Assembly (NCBI GenBank): GCA_041695225.1
Contig: JBGFRI010000004.1
Location: forward strand, 32,001-96,000
Direction of reading: 5' to 3'
From: Deinococcota bacterium
GTDB lineage: Bacteria > Deinococcota > Deinococci > Deinococcales > Thermaceae
Length of the DNA: 64,000 bases
The number at the start of each line of letters is the position of its first letter. Position 1 is the first letter of the stretch. The notes below the pieces were generated by a model. That model ran no database searches and had not been told where the DNA came from. It was given only the letters and a program-made list of their open reading frames with translations. This document shows positions 11,870-21,838 of this stretch, piece after piece. Both the position numbers and the translations under genes were made by a program.

Positions 11870-12373
11870 CTAACTCCCTTTGCTGCCCTCTAGCCTACCC
11901 GACGCACGCTCGAGCCGCTTCACGCCCTCGCCCAACGTCCACAACTCCCTTCGCAGGGCACTCAACTCACGTCGCACCTGGGAAATGGCGCTGTTCTCCG
12001 CCAGCAGCGCCACCATGTGCTGGTTCAGGCTCACCTCCTCGGCCTCGGCCCCCTCCACCAAACGCCGGTGCAGGCTGGGGGGCATCCGCACCAGCACCCT
12101 GCCACCGTACTCGCGCTCGGTAGAGGGCAGGGGGATTTCGTCGCCGTGCTGGTAGGCTACCTCGAGCCACAGACGGCGGGCGTCCCCAATCATCTCCAGC
12201 GCTTCTTCTACCGTCTCGCCCACCGAAACACAGCCGGGCAGATCGGGAACCAAAACGGTATAGCCCCCTTCCTTCTCGGGAACCAACGTAATGGGATAGC
12301 GCAAGCCGAGGTACTGTTCAAGCGGCTTGTGTTTGCATCTTTTCTGGGCCTTTCTGGACGGGTGCGTACTCAT
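11870..12373 (-). CDS. HicB family antitoxin with RHH domain, no adjacent hicA seen
   Basis: GGYTVLVPDLPGCVSVGETVEEA, YGGRVLVRMPPSLHRRL..VSLNQ. Confidence 0.88.
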   Translation of the reverse strand: MSTHPSRKAQKRCKHKPLEQYLGLRYPITLVPEKEGGYTVLVPDLPGCVSVGETVEEALEMIGDARRLWLEVAYQHGDEIPLPSTEREYGGRVLVRMPPSLHRRLVEGAEAEEVSLNQHMVALLAENSAISQVRRELSALRRELWTLGEGVKRLERASGRLEGSKGS

Positions 12374-12540
12374 TATGGTCTGAACGCTTTGTCTTCTTGA
12401 GAACACTTCTAAACTGGACGATATGCCTGCTGAATGCTATCATGATTTAGCGGGCGTTAGCTAAGCTGATGGCTCGCGTTTTTGTGTGCGCCGACTGGGC
12501 CAGGTGGTGGATTGGGCGCAACAAGTATGCTACACTATAG

Positions 12541-12590
12541 GCGCAGGACTGAAACCGTCCCCGGAGGCGGAGGTAGGCCCTGCTCTTTTA
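12541..12590. ncRNA. Candidate DUF3800-associated small structured RNA
   Basis: GCAGGAC..CCGTC/GGCGG..GCCCTGC nested hairpin + TTTT at the DUF3800 stop; + strand TGcTACACT (12528-12536) just upstream. Confidence 0.5.
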
Positions 12591-13310
12591 CTTGATGCGA
12601 ATGATCCCCTCTGAATCCTGTGGATTCGTTTCCAGCACCAAGATCGGCTTGAGTAGATCAAAAGCTTTGTCCAGGCCGTATTTGCTCTTAGATGCCAGCG
12701 GCCTCTCCCGCCGCAATAGAGCATAGGCACAAAAGTCTGTGATTTGAACAAAGTAGGACTGAGCCGAGTCCTTGAAAAAGGGGTCTTCAACGATTCGCTC
12801 AATGGGAATGTTCTTTGTTGAGCTACCAGAGTCCAACCAGTTACCATACTTGCTCGGTATCGGATTGTAAACTCGCATTTTACGAACCATTCTGGTGAAC
12901 TCATTTTCGCTGCCCTGATCGCATATTAAGATGGCACGACTACCCCAAGCCTGCATCGTTCGGTTAATGCGGTTAAGCAACCATTCGAACCCCGTGGGTT
13001 TTTTACTGGTTGGGCTAACCACGTTGAATAGTCGAGCACCAGGCAGGCGGGACGTCAATTCGAGGGTCTCTTTGAAAATTTGCGCTCGACGACCTTTTGG
13101 TACAACCCTGTCGGCAATTTGCCCTCGGCCAGAGACAAACTTCCAGGCATGGAACTCTTTCTGTACGTAGATTCCATCTGTTTTCTTGAGTTCTCGTCGA
13201 AACTCTCTGACCTGACGCAGGCAGGTTTGCCATTGTTCGTCGGAAATAGCAAGGGCTGAGTAAATTGTCAGTTCTTCATCGCTTGAATCATCAAGATACA
13301 CCAAATGCAT
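12588..13310 (-). CDS. DUF3800 family (RNase H-like fold) protein
   Basis: N-terminal YLDDS, EFHA, LICD.G, FKDSAQSYFVQITDFCAY; lower GC than backbone. Confidence 0.85.
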   Translation of the reverse strand: MHLVYLDDSSDEELTIYSALAISDEQWQTCLRQVREFRRELKKTDGIYVQKEFHAWKFVSGRGQIADRVVPKGRRAQIFKETLELTSRLPGARLFNVVSPTSKKPTGFEWLLNRINRTMQAWGSRAILICDQGSENEFTRMVRKMRVYNPIPSKYGNWLDSGSSTKNIPIERIVEDPFFKDSAQSYFVQITDFCAYALLRRERPLASKSKYGLDKAFDLLKPILVLETNPQDSEGIIRIK

Positions 13311-13443
13311 ATGTCTCCAAAGATGGGGGCAGCAACGACCTTACCTAAGTATGCAAGTTTTTCAACATTTGCTCAATAAGCAAAATCGCGCGACCCACAA
13401 GTCTTACTCCCTGCGGCCTTCGCACCTTTGCCAGCTCCATCCC

Positions 13444-16400
13444 CTACCCCTCCTCCCCTTCCAGCGCATCCCGCCCCATGCGGTATTTGATGTCGTAGTT
13501 GATGATAAAGTCGAGTTCCTCCGGCGTGAAGCCGTAGTGCCGGGCGAGAACGCGGTCTATCTGGTCAATGATGGGTTTAGAATAGACAGGGTAAAACTCT
13601 TGGTACTCAACGCGCCCTGATGCTTCATAGGTATAGATGCGGTTTTTGGAATTTGCCCTGTAGTCATCCATCAGGTTCCCGTAAACCTCGATAAGTTCAC
13701 TGAGAGTCTCAGAATCAAGTTCGCCAACAGGAAATGTTTCTATATCCGCACCTGCGATATTCCGGCAATTGCCCTGCCCTGTAAACCAAAAGTAGAAACA
13801 TGTGCTATTCAACATAGCCCCGGCTATGCTGCTCTGCCGCACCGTTGAGAAAAACAAATCTTTCAGGTGATCCAATGACTTCGTTCGTGTTGCAGAGCTA
13901 AAGTACGGCTCAAAGTTCATTGCACGAATCCAGAAAACGGGGCTTCGGTGATAATTGATACGTGCTATACCTCCATTGCGAAGGTAATACCCCAGTGTCC
14001 TAGTTTTTGAGAGCATCCTTCTAAGAACAGAACTAGCAAGTGGCGTGCCCAACTTGCTAAACCTCATATGACCCGACAATAGGCCTGAATCTGAGTACAC
14101 CATCGTCGGAAAAAGGGTAGCACGGGCAACTGCGTACCAACGCTGATAATCAGTGACTTTTATTTCTGGCTCAAGAACCTTCTGTTTACGCCCTACTATG
14201 ATGCAGAGGCGGTATTTGACACCGTTGAATAGAACGGAAGGGTGAGCATCTCCAGAAAAGTAAGAAATGTGTAGCGGAGATAAGTTACCCGCAACCATGT
14301 CCTGGTAGGACTGCATCCTTTCTGTCGAAAACCCACTTAAGGGCACTATGACACTCACACCGCCAGTTTCCTTAACCAAAGCTATAAAGCGCTCGACACA
14401 GGGTGCATAAATGTTGCCGCACAATTCGGTCACATAACCTTTGATGTTGTAAGAACTAACCTTCGACATCTCAATGTAGGGCGGGTTTCCGATGATGGCG
14501 TCAAACCCGCCGTTTTTCATAATGCCGTAAAAGTCCACAAACCAGTGGAAGGGCTTGTGGCTGGCTTTCCACTTTTGGTAATCGGCGGGTTTTTGGGGGT
14601 CTATGCCGTACTGGGCGGCCAGGTGGCGGTTGAGTTCTTCTTCCAGGGCATGCAGGCGCTGGCGCAGGGTTTGTTTGTCGGCGGGGGTGACTGCGCCGCC
14701 GTGTTCGGTTTGTTGCAGGCGGAACTGGCGGGACAAAGCCTCAAGGTCGTCCAGCTTCTCGGTGATCTCTCTTTCAAAGTCACCATAATCGAGCCGACCA
14801 CTAAAAGAGTCGCTGATCTCTTTCAATGTGGCGAAGCCCACCAGGGCGTTGCCGGCGCGGATGTTGAAGTCTATGTCGGGCAGGGGCTCGAGCTGGCCGG
14901 GGTGCTCGATCTGGCTCATCAGCTTGAGAAAGAGGCGCAGTTTGGCGATCTCGGTGGCCTCTTCCATGATGTCCACCCCGTAGAGGTTGTTCACCACGAT
15001 GCTCTTGAGCACGTAGTAGCGCTCGCTGGGGTGCTTGGAGACTTCGGCCAGGGTGCGGCGGAAGTCGGGGTACTTCTGGGTGCTGCCCGCTGCGTCGGCC
15101 TCGGAGACCAGGGCTTCCATCTTGTCCAGGGCGCTTTCGTAGAGCGGCTGCAGGATGTTGAGGGCGGCGAACAAAAAGGCCCCCGAGCCGCAGGTGGGGT
15201 CGAGCACCCGGATCTCGCTCAGGGCCTTCCAGTACGCACGCACCAGGTCGGCCCCTTCGGCGCTGTCCAGCACGTCCTGGGCAAACTGGCGGAGGTTCAG
15301 GTTCAGGGTGATAAGGTCGGCAACGTTTTGCACCTCGCCCGCACTTAACCTGGCCTTCAGATCGTGATAGCGCTGCCGCCGGGTGATGTACTCGCGCCAG
15401 GTCTCGGTGGGCAGGGTGAGGGGGTTGCCCTCCCCATCTTTCAGGTCGGCCTGGCCCAGGTTGTAGCGCTTGTCGAACATGCGGGCCTCGGGGTCGTGCA
15501 TCCCCTTTTGTACAAACTCGGGCAACTGCTCCTCGGGGTAGTCGGCCCCGCGCCGCACGGCCTCGTAGAGGTAGCGGTCAGGGTCTTGTTGCAGCAGCTT
15601 CCACAGGCTGCCTTGGCCCTCGAAGGCTACCCGGCAGCCCTGGCGGGTGGTCTCCAGAATGTGCGGCAGGATGGTGTTTTTGGCGATGTACTCGGTGATG
15701 TCTTCCTTGGTGTAATAGGCCCCCATCTGCTTCTGGTTGATGTACTTCTCGAAGATGTAGCCCAGCACGTCGGGGTTGATCTCGTTGCCCTCGCGCAGCG
15801 GGCGGTCGTCGAGGTGCCACTGGTACTGCTCGAAAAAGGCGAAGACCTGCTCGAAGGCCTCGTCGGGAATCTGGATCTGGGCGTGCTCGGCTTCCAGGGG
15901 GTGAATCTCGAACAGGCCGCCGTTGAGGTAGGGGATCGTGCCCAGCAAGGCCCGCAGCTCGGGGTCGGTCGGGCGCTTCTGGCTACCCAGCCCGTCGTGG
16001 AACAGCACCAGCAGAAAGTCGCGGTAGAAGCTGTGAAACCTGCCCTTGCCCCGGAGGGTCTGCACCTTGTGAAGGCGGTCGCGCAGGTAGTTGGGGTTGC
16101 CATCCAGAAAGCCTTTCTTCTGCACGAAGTAGACGAACATCAGCCGGTTGAGCATCAGGCTGGTGTACCAGCGGCGGGCCTCTTCGGGGAGGCCGCTCAC
16201 CCGGGCGAAAAAGGCCTGGTGCTCCCTCTGGAACTGCTCGTAGAAGCGTCTGGTGACCCGCTCGACGTCGAAGGCCCGCCGCACCCGGCGACCCGCCACA
16301 AAGGTGGTGGCGCTCTCTTCCTCGGCCAGGGTGAAGGCAAGCTGCTTTAGTTTTTGCAGGAATAGCTCGTTGTTTTTGCCCGCCCGGAACTCGGCGGTGC

Positions 16401-16725
16401 GCAGCTTGAGGGGCTTGCCCCGCTCGTTCAAGACCCATTCCCAGAGCTGTCTGCCGGTAGCCCTATCCTCGAAGATCACCAGCCGTTCGGCGGCCATACG
16501 GTTGAGCTGGCGCTCGAGCAGAACCCTTATTTTGTGCTCGGGGATGCCCTCGAGGCGCAGCACCTGGAACTCCCGCTTCTTCGCTGCACGGTGCAGGGTG
16601 TATGCCTGCCCTTTGACCTCCAGCGAGAAGGGCCGGCCCTGGTTCTGGTCCCAGCCCAGCTCCTCCAGGAACAAAGCCTGGTAGTTGTGGGCCTCGAGGT
16701 GGCGGCGGGCGCGGGCATTGTCCAT
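13444..16725 (-). CDS. Large N6-adenine DNA methyltransferase (Eco57I/type IIG-like) with C-terminal TRD
   Basis: PYLNGGLF, GAYYT, VLDPTCGSGAF, IGNPPY motifs. Confidence 0.93.
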   Translation of the reverse strand: MDNARARRHLEAHNYQALFLEELGWDQNQGRPFSLEVKGQAYTLHRAAKKREFQVLRLEGIPEHKIRVLLERQLNRMAAERLVIFEDRATGRQLWEWVLNERGKPLKLRTAEFRAGKNNELFLQKLKQLAFTLAEEESATTFVAGRRVRRAFDVERVTRRFYEQFQREHQAFFARVSGLPEEARRWYTSLMLNRLMFVYFVQKKGFLDGNPNYLRDRLHKVQTLRGKGRFHSFYRDFLLVLFHDGLGSQKRPTDPELRALLGTIPYLNGGLFEIHPLEAEHAQIQIPDEAFEQVFAFFEQYQWHLDDRPLREGNEINPDVLGYIFEKYINQKQMGAYYTKEDITEYIAKNTILPHILETTRQGCRVAFEGQGSLWKLLQQDPDRYLYEAVRRGADYPEEQLPEFVQKGMHDPEARMFDKRYNLGQADLKDGEGNPLTLPTETWREYITRRQRYHDLKARLSAGEVQNVADLITLNLNLRQFAQDVLDSAEGADLVRAYWKALSEIRVLDPTCGSGAFLFAALNILQPLYESALDKMEALVSEADAAGSTQKYPDFRRTLAEVSKHPSERYYVLKSIVVNNLYGVDIMEEATEIAKLRLFLKLMSQIEHPGQLEPLPDIDFNIRAGNALVGFATLKEISDSFSGRLDYGDFEREITEKLDDLEALSRQFRLQQTEHGGAVTPADKQTLRQRLHALEEELNRHLAAQYGIDPQKPADYQKWKASHKPFHWFVDFYGIMKNGGFDAIIGNPPYIEMSKVSSYNIKGYVTELCGNIYAPCVERFIALVKETGGVSVIVPLSGFSTERMQSYQDMVAGNLSPLHISYFSGDAHPSVLFNGVKYRLCIIVGRKQKVLEPEIKVTDYQRWYAVARATLFPTMVYSDSGLLSGHMRFSKLGTPLASSVLRRMLSKTRTLGYYLRNGGIARINYHRSPVFWIRAMNFEPYFSSATRTKSLDHLKDLFFSTVRQSSIAGAMLNSTCFYFWFTGQGNCRNIAGADIETFPVGELDSETLSELIEVYGNLMDDYRANSKNRIYTYEASGRVEYQEFYPVYSKPIIDQIDRVLARHYGFTPEELDFIINYDIKYRMGRDALEGEEG

Positions 16726-16727
16726 GT

Positions 16728-19700
16728 CTACACCAGTCCCATCGAGCAGATCAGCTCGGGCTCTTTTTGGCCCTGGTCTCCACCGTTCACCTCGCAGAGG
16801 CTGCCCTCTTCGCGCATCCCCACCACCAGGCTCACCAGGTCGGCCTCGGGAATCTCCTGGCGCAACTGCTGGCCCAGCCGCTCCCGCGCCCGCTCCTTGA
16901 GCGGGAAGCGCAGCAGGTCTTCGAGTACGGCCTCGAGTTCGGTCAGGGGGAAGATGGGGGTCTGGTGGGTGTTCAGGTAGTCGCGCAGCCGGTAGAACAG
17001 CTTGAACTTCACGCTGCTGCGGGCGCCCAGGCTGCCCCCGCTGGTGCGTTCTTCTTCCATCACCCGCCGCGCCACCTCGCCCACCAGTTCGTGGTGGTTG
17101 CGCAGTCGCTCGACCGGCGGGGTGTCGGGCGGGCAGGCGGCGGCCCGGAGGATCTCGAGCTGGCTCTCGGATAGGGTGCGCCCATCCGGGTCAACCCAGG
17201 TCAGGCTGTCGGCCCCGCCGGGGGTGCGGAGGTAGACCAGCACGCCCCTACGAGCCTGGGCCTTGCTGCTGTAGACCACGTTGGGCAGTGCGGGGATGGT
17301 GCGCTTCAGGCTGGGGTCGGCCTCGGTGGCCTGCTTGTAGATTTCGTAGGCGTAAGAGGCCAGGTCTACCTCGCCATCGTCGGCCTCGTCGAGAATACCC
17401 GAACGCTCGTGGTAGAGGGCCTCGAGGGCCCGCACTTCCTCGTCCTCGAAGAAGACCTCGTCGGTGCCCACCACCTCGGCGTTCTGGCGCAGGCGGGTCA
17501 GCAGGCGGCGGCGCAGATTGATGACCCGCTCGAGGCCCTCGGCGGGCAGGAAGGTGTAGGCGAAAATCTCGTGCGAGCGCTGTCCAATGCGGTCTACCCG
17601 CCCCACCCGCTGGATCAGCCGGATGATGGCCCAGGGCAGGTCGTAGTTGACCACTACAAAGGCGTCCTGCAGGTTCTGCCCCTCCGAGAGCACATCGGTC
17701 GAGATCAAGACCCGTAACTCGCGTTCCGGGGCCACTTGTGTACCGCCTTTTTCGCTGTTGCTGCGTGGGCTGAAGCGCGTGGCCAGCGCGGTGGGGTTGT
17801 CCGAATCGCCCGTAACCCCCGCCAGCGCTTCCAGGCCCCTGGCCTTTAGTTGCTGCTCCAGGTAGACCACGGTGTCGGCAAACTGGGTGAAGATCAGCAC
17901 CTTGTCGGTAGGGTGGGTTTGGGTAAGCAGCCGTTCCAAAGCACTCAACTTGGTGTCCCGCTCGGGGTTCCAGACCCCGCTGGCGGTCAGGATTTCCTCG
18001 AGCGCGGCGGCATCTTTTTCCAGGTCGTGTGCGAGGCTTTTTGTGAACAGACTGGGGCGGATCCATTTGAACCCGGATTTGAGTCTGATTTCCTCATAAA
18101 TCTGCGCCGCTCTGGCCGCCCAGCTGCCGTTGACGCCCTCTTCCTCGAACAGCCCGTCCTCGTCCCGGTCGGTATAGTCGGGCTCGAGAAAGTCGGCGTC
18201 CAGGGTGCCGATGGGCAGGTCGAGGTTGTTCTTTAGGGCGTGCAGGTAGACGTAGTTGCGCAGAATGTGCCGCTGTAGCGAGTGCAAGAAGACCTGGCCG
18301 CTGGACTCGAGCCGCTTGAACAGGTTGGTCTTGACAAAGCCCTTGAGGCGCGTCCCGGCCCGGCCCAGGTTTTCAATCTGCTGCGCTTCGGCCTCGGTCA
18401 GACTGGTTGGGTTGTCCAGGGCGTAGTTGCCTAGCCCGTAACGCGGTAGCTGAAGCTCCTCGATAACCCTTACCACCCGCTCGGCGTACAGCCGGGCGTA
18501 CTGGTCTTGTGGGTTGGCCTCGTCTAGCGCAAAGGCCAAAGCCCTGGGCAGCCGCTTGGGAAAGTAGGAGCGCTCGCCGCTGGAGAACTCGAGATACTTT
18601 CTGCCCTCTCGGTCCGTTTTGGCATAGTTGGCCTGAATGAAGCTGCGGGTACGCCGCACCATGTACAGCCGCATCAACTCGCGCCAGTCATCGGGCTGAT
18701 CGCTCAACTCGAAGGCCTGGATCGAGCGAACCGGTACCCCGTATTTTTGGGCAAAGCTAAACTCTCCATCCGGGAGCATCCGCAGGTAGGCCTCGGGGCG
18801 AATGCCCAGGTCGGTATCGGGTGGTACGAAGAGCCTAAGTTGGGCGGCCAGGTCGAGGTACGTCTTGTTGTAAGGTGTTGCCGTCAGCAGCACAACTTTT
18901 GCAAGGTTTTTCTCGATGTAATCCCGAATTACCCCATAGGTCTTGCCTTCGCGGTTGCGCAGGTTATGGCTCTCATCAATGACGATGAGTGGAAAGCGTT
19001 GTAGCTTAGGCAGATCCCGAATAACCTCGCTCATCGAGAGGATTTCCGCCCGCAGACCAAACCGGCGGCGGTACTTCTGCCACATCTCCACCAGGTTCTT
19101 GGGGCAGAGGATCAGGCTGGCGAAGTAGTCGGGCTCGAGCGTCCTGATCAAGGCGCTGGCAATGATGGTCTTGCCCAGTCCCACCACGTCCCCAATCACC
19201 ACCCCACCGCGTTTGTCCAGGTGGTGAGCCGCAATCTTAACCGCCGCCGACTGGAAGTCGAACAGCTCTCCCTCGAAACCTTCAAACCTGCGTGGCTGCG
19301 CCAGACCTACCCGTGCCTCTGCGGAAAGGTGGTAGGCCATCTTCAGGTAGACATGGTACGGCGGTAGGGGTTTCTCCCGCGCCCAGCTCTCCTCAATGAT
19401 CTCCGCCAACTCCTCCGAGACATCCAGGCTGAAGGGGTCATTCCAGCGATCCTCGAACCAACCCGACAGCTTTTTGGCTGCATCACCGTCCAGCACGTCA
19501 ATGTTCAGCTCCCCTTGCCCTTTGAGCCCCGAGAAGGTCAGGTTGCTGCTGCCCAGGTAGCCCACGATCGGGAGGTGAAAGTGGCGCTGGTAAGCCAGGT
19601 ATAGCTTGGCGTGCAGGGCGTGGCGCAAGAAGAGTTTGACCACCAGTTTCCTGCTTCGCAACTGCCGGGCCAGCCTGCGCAGGCCCTCCTCATCCATTGC

Positions 19701-20024
19701 GGTGGGCGTACCCACCACGAGCTGGTGGTGGAAGTCGTTCGCAATTTCCTTGCGCCGCCGGCCAGCCACGGCGTTGCTGATACTCTCCTCACCATTCAGA
19801 CCGTACATTGCGCGCAGTTCATCCCTGGGGCGTTGCTGCATGCCTACCAACAGCCGAACCTGGTTGTCGGGTTGCCCGCTCCAGCCCTCGATCTGATCGG
19901 CCAGGTGGCGCCAGCCCCGGAGGTTGAAATAGCCCACGGCGAAGTCGGCTCTATAGGCCGAAGCCAGGGTCTCCTTCAATGCGGGCAGTAAGGTATCTTC
20001 GATATTGTCAAAAATGCGTGGCAT
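16728..20024 (-). CDS. PLD-family nuclease fused to SNF2-type SF2 helicase
   Basis: HAKLY..GSSNLT..ELN (HxK), DVVGLGKT, DESHN, LTATP, SEGQNLQ, QRVGRVDRIG. Confidence 0.93.
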   Translation of the reverse strand: MPRIFDNIEDTLLPALKETLASAYRADFAVGYFNLRGWRHLADQIEGWSGQPDNQVRLLVGMQQRPRDELRAMYGLNGEESISNAVAGRRRKEIANDFHHQLVVGTPTAMDEEGLRRLARQLRSRKLVVKLFLRHALHAKLYLAYQRHFHLPIVGYLGSSNLTFSGLKGQGELNIDVLDGDAAKKLSGWFEDRWNDPFSLDVSEELAEIIEESWAREKPLPPYHVYLKMAYHLSAEARVGLAQPRRFEGFEGELFDFQSAAVKIAAHHLDKRGGVVIGDVVGLGKTIIASALIRTLEPDYFASLILCPKNLVEMWQKYRRRFGLRAEILSMSEVIRDLPKLQRFPLIVIDESHNLRNREGKTYGVIRDYIEKNLAKVVLLTATPYNKTYLDLAAQLRLFVPPDTDLGIRPEAYLRMLPDGEFSFAQKYGVPVRSIQAFELSDQPDDWRELMRLYMVRRTRSFIQANYAKTDREGRKYLEFSSGERSYFPKRLPRALAFALDEANPQDQYARLYAERVVRVIEELQLPRYGLGNYALDNPTSLTEAEAQQIENLGRAGTRLKGFVKTNLFKRLESSGQVFLHSLQRHILRNYVYLHALKNNLDLPIGTLDADFLEPDYTDRDEDGLFEEEGVNGSWAARAAQIYEEIRLKSGFKWIRPSLFTKSLAHDLEKDAAALEEILTASGVWNPERDTKLSALERLLTQTHPTDKVLIFTQFADTVVYLEQQLKARGLEALAGVTGDSDNPTALATRFSPRSNSEKGGTQVAPERELRVLISTDVLSEGQNLQDAFVVVNYDLPWAIIRLIQRVGRVDRIGQRSHEIFAYTFLPAEGLERVINLRRRLLTRLRQNAEVVGTDEVFFEDEEVRALEALYHERSGILDEADDGEVDLASYAYEIYKQATEADPSLKRTIPALPNVVYSSKAQARRGVLVYLRTPGGADSLTWVDPDGRTLSESQLEILRAAACPPDTPPVERLRNHHELVGEVARRVMEEERTSGGSLGARSSVKFKLFYRLRDYLNTHQTPIFPLTELEAVLEDLLRFPLKERARERLGQQLRQEIPEADLVSLVVGMREEGSLCEVNGGDQGQKEPELICSMGLV

Positions 20025-20071
20025 CGTTAATGCTGGATTCTAATGTAACCACCGCCGAATTACCTCCCAAA

Positions 20072-20323
20072 TCAACCCGGTGGGGGTACTTCAGGCAAAT
20101 CGGTTACTACCCCAGCCGCTGCCCATCGTGCTTCCCCCCCCCAGCGCCGCTCCTGCCCCTGTGGTGTGAGGATAAAGCTGTTGCGGTCGTCGGTAATCTG
20201 GGCCTGCAAACCCAGCGCCTTGCGCCTGGCCCGGGCGTCCAGGATAGGGAAACACAGCTCGTAGCGGTGGTCGAGGCTGCGCGGCATGGCGTCGGGGCTG
20301 TCGTCCCAGACCCGCTGCGTCAC
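20072..20323 (-). pseudogene. Remnant of polyphosphate kinase 1 C-terminus
   Basis: SPDAMPRSLDHRYELCFPILD resembles the Ppk1 consensus SADWMPRNLDRRVE..FPI. Confidence 0.6.
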
Positions 20324-20437
20324 CTCACTTTGACCCGTGCAGCAGTTCTTCTTCGGACAGCCTCGCTAGGTTACGGCTTTGCCGGAATCGCGTAAGCGAC
20401 TCGCCTAGGGGCAGCGGCCCTCTTGCCGAATAGGGCT

Positions 20438-21796
20438 CTAGATATTCCCAAAGCCGTCCAGGATGCGGGCGATGTGGCGCGCGGCATTGTGGAAGTCTTT
20501 GATGCGCACATTTTCGTTTGGCGAATGGGTCCGGTTAGAGGTACCAAAGCCCAGGCCAGCATCAATTACCGGGATGCCCAGCGGCCCGGCAAAGGCATAA
20601 ACCGGCGAGCTGCCGCCGGTCATGGGAATAAGCTGGTAGGGTTTCTGATAGACCTCTTCAGCGGTCCTGGCTGCCAGCTGCACCAGGGGGTGGTCGGCCT
20701 CCGACTTGGAAGGGAACATATAGTCGCTGTAGGATATTTTGACGTCGGTAAAGCCTTCGGCGTCCAGGTGGGCCCGGAGTAGGGTAAGAATCTCGGTGGG
20801 GTTTTGGTCGGGCACCAGGCGGAAGTCGAGCTTGACCGAGGCCCTGGCCGGAATCACGGTCTTGGTACCCTGGCCCTGGTAGCCGGTGGTGATGCCCTGG
20901 ATGTTGCAGGTGGGGTTGAAGACGGCTTTTTTGAGTTCGAAGCCGGTAAGCCCGCCCACAAACCCCCGCACCCCAAAAGTCTCGCGCAAGTGCTGCTCGC
21001 TGTCGGGTAGCCGGCGGAACAACTCCAGATCAAGTTCGGAAATGGGCTTTACATCATCGTAAAAGCCCGGAATTTGGATGCGCTCGTTTTCGTCCTTGAG
21101 CGAGGCCAGCACCCGCACCAGTCGCCAGGCCGCGTTGGGCAGGATGTGGGCGCTGCCGGAGTGGGCGTCGCGGGAGAGGGTTTGCACCTCGAGCTCTACC
21201 GCCAGAATGCCCCGACGGCCCAGCGAGCTGCCGGGGCGCTCCTCGAAGTCAATGCCGCCTTCTTCCCAAACGGCGCCGTCGCACTTGAGCAGACTCAGAT
21301 GGTCCTGCACAAACTTTGCGATGCCGGGGCTGCCCACCTCTTCGTTGCCCTCTACCACAAAAAGCACCCCGCACGGTAGCTCGCCCCCATTGGCCGCCCT
21401 GGCTGCGTCCACTGCGGCAACGCGGGCCATAAACTCGCCCTTGTCATCCTTGACCCCACGGGCATACAAAAGCCCATCGCGGACCTGGGGCTGGAACGGG
21501 GGAGAGTCCCAGAGTTCAAGCGGCTCGGGCGGCTGCACATCGTAGTGGTTGTAAAAAAGCAGGGTGCGCCCCGACTTTCCAGCGGCGCGGCCCACGATTA
21601 CCGGGTTGCCGTAGCCCTCGATTTTCCAGGTCTGGAAGCCGTGGTTTTGCAGGATCTGCTCTACCAGGCTGGCGCACTCGAGCATCCCCTGGCCGGTAGC
21701 CGAGACGCTGGGCTGGGCACACAGGCGTATGGTTTCGCCAAGGTAGGCCTCGAGGTTTTTCTGCAGGAACTGGTCTATTGCACTGGCTCTGGACAT
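20438..21796 (-). CDS. M20 family peptidase/deacylase
   Basis: YNHYDVQP, ARGVKDDKG, EGNEEVGS, HSPNE. Confidence 0.95.
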   Translation of the reverse strand: MSRASAIDQFLQKNLEAYLGETIRLCAQPSVSATGQGMLECASLVEQILQNHGFQTWKIEGYGNPVIVGRAAGKSGRTLLFYNHYDVQPPEPLELWDSPPFQPQVRDGLLYARGVKDDKGEFMARVAAVDAARAANGGELPCGVLFVVEGNEEVGSPGIAKFVQDHLSLLKCDGAVWEEGGIDFEERPGSSLGRRGILAVELEVQTLSRDAHSGSAHILPNAAWRLVRVLASLKDENERIQIPGFYDDVKPISELDLELFRRLPDSEQHLRETFGVRGFVGGLTGFELKKAVFNPTCNIQGITTGYQGQGTKTVIPARASVKLDFRLVPDQNPTEILTLLRAHLDAEGFTDVKISYSDYMFPSKSEADHPLVQLAARTAEEVYQKPYQLIPMTGGSSPVYAFAGPLGIPVIDAGLGFGTSNRTHSPNENVRIKDFHNAARHIARILDGFGNI

Positions 21797-21838
21797 AACA
21801 AAACTATACGGCCTCGACTACCAGGGGCGGAAGAAAAC

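Noticed and set aside
12440..12470. GGGCGTTAGCT as an attC end near DUF3800
   Set aside because: No matching opposite arm found; may be chance or a remnant
14545..16350. 267-aa and 328-aa + strand ORFs
   Set aside because: Antisense shadows of the methyltransferase
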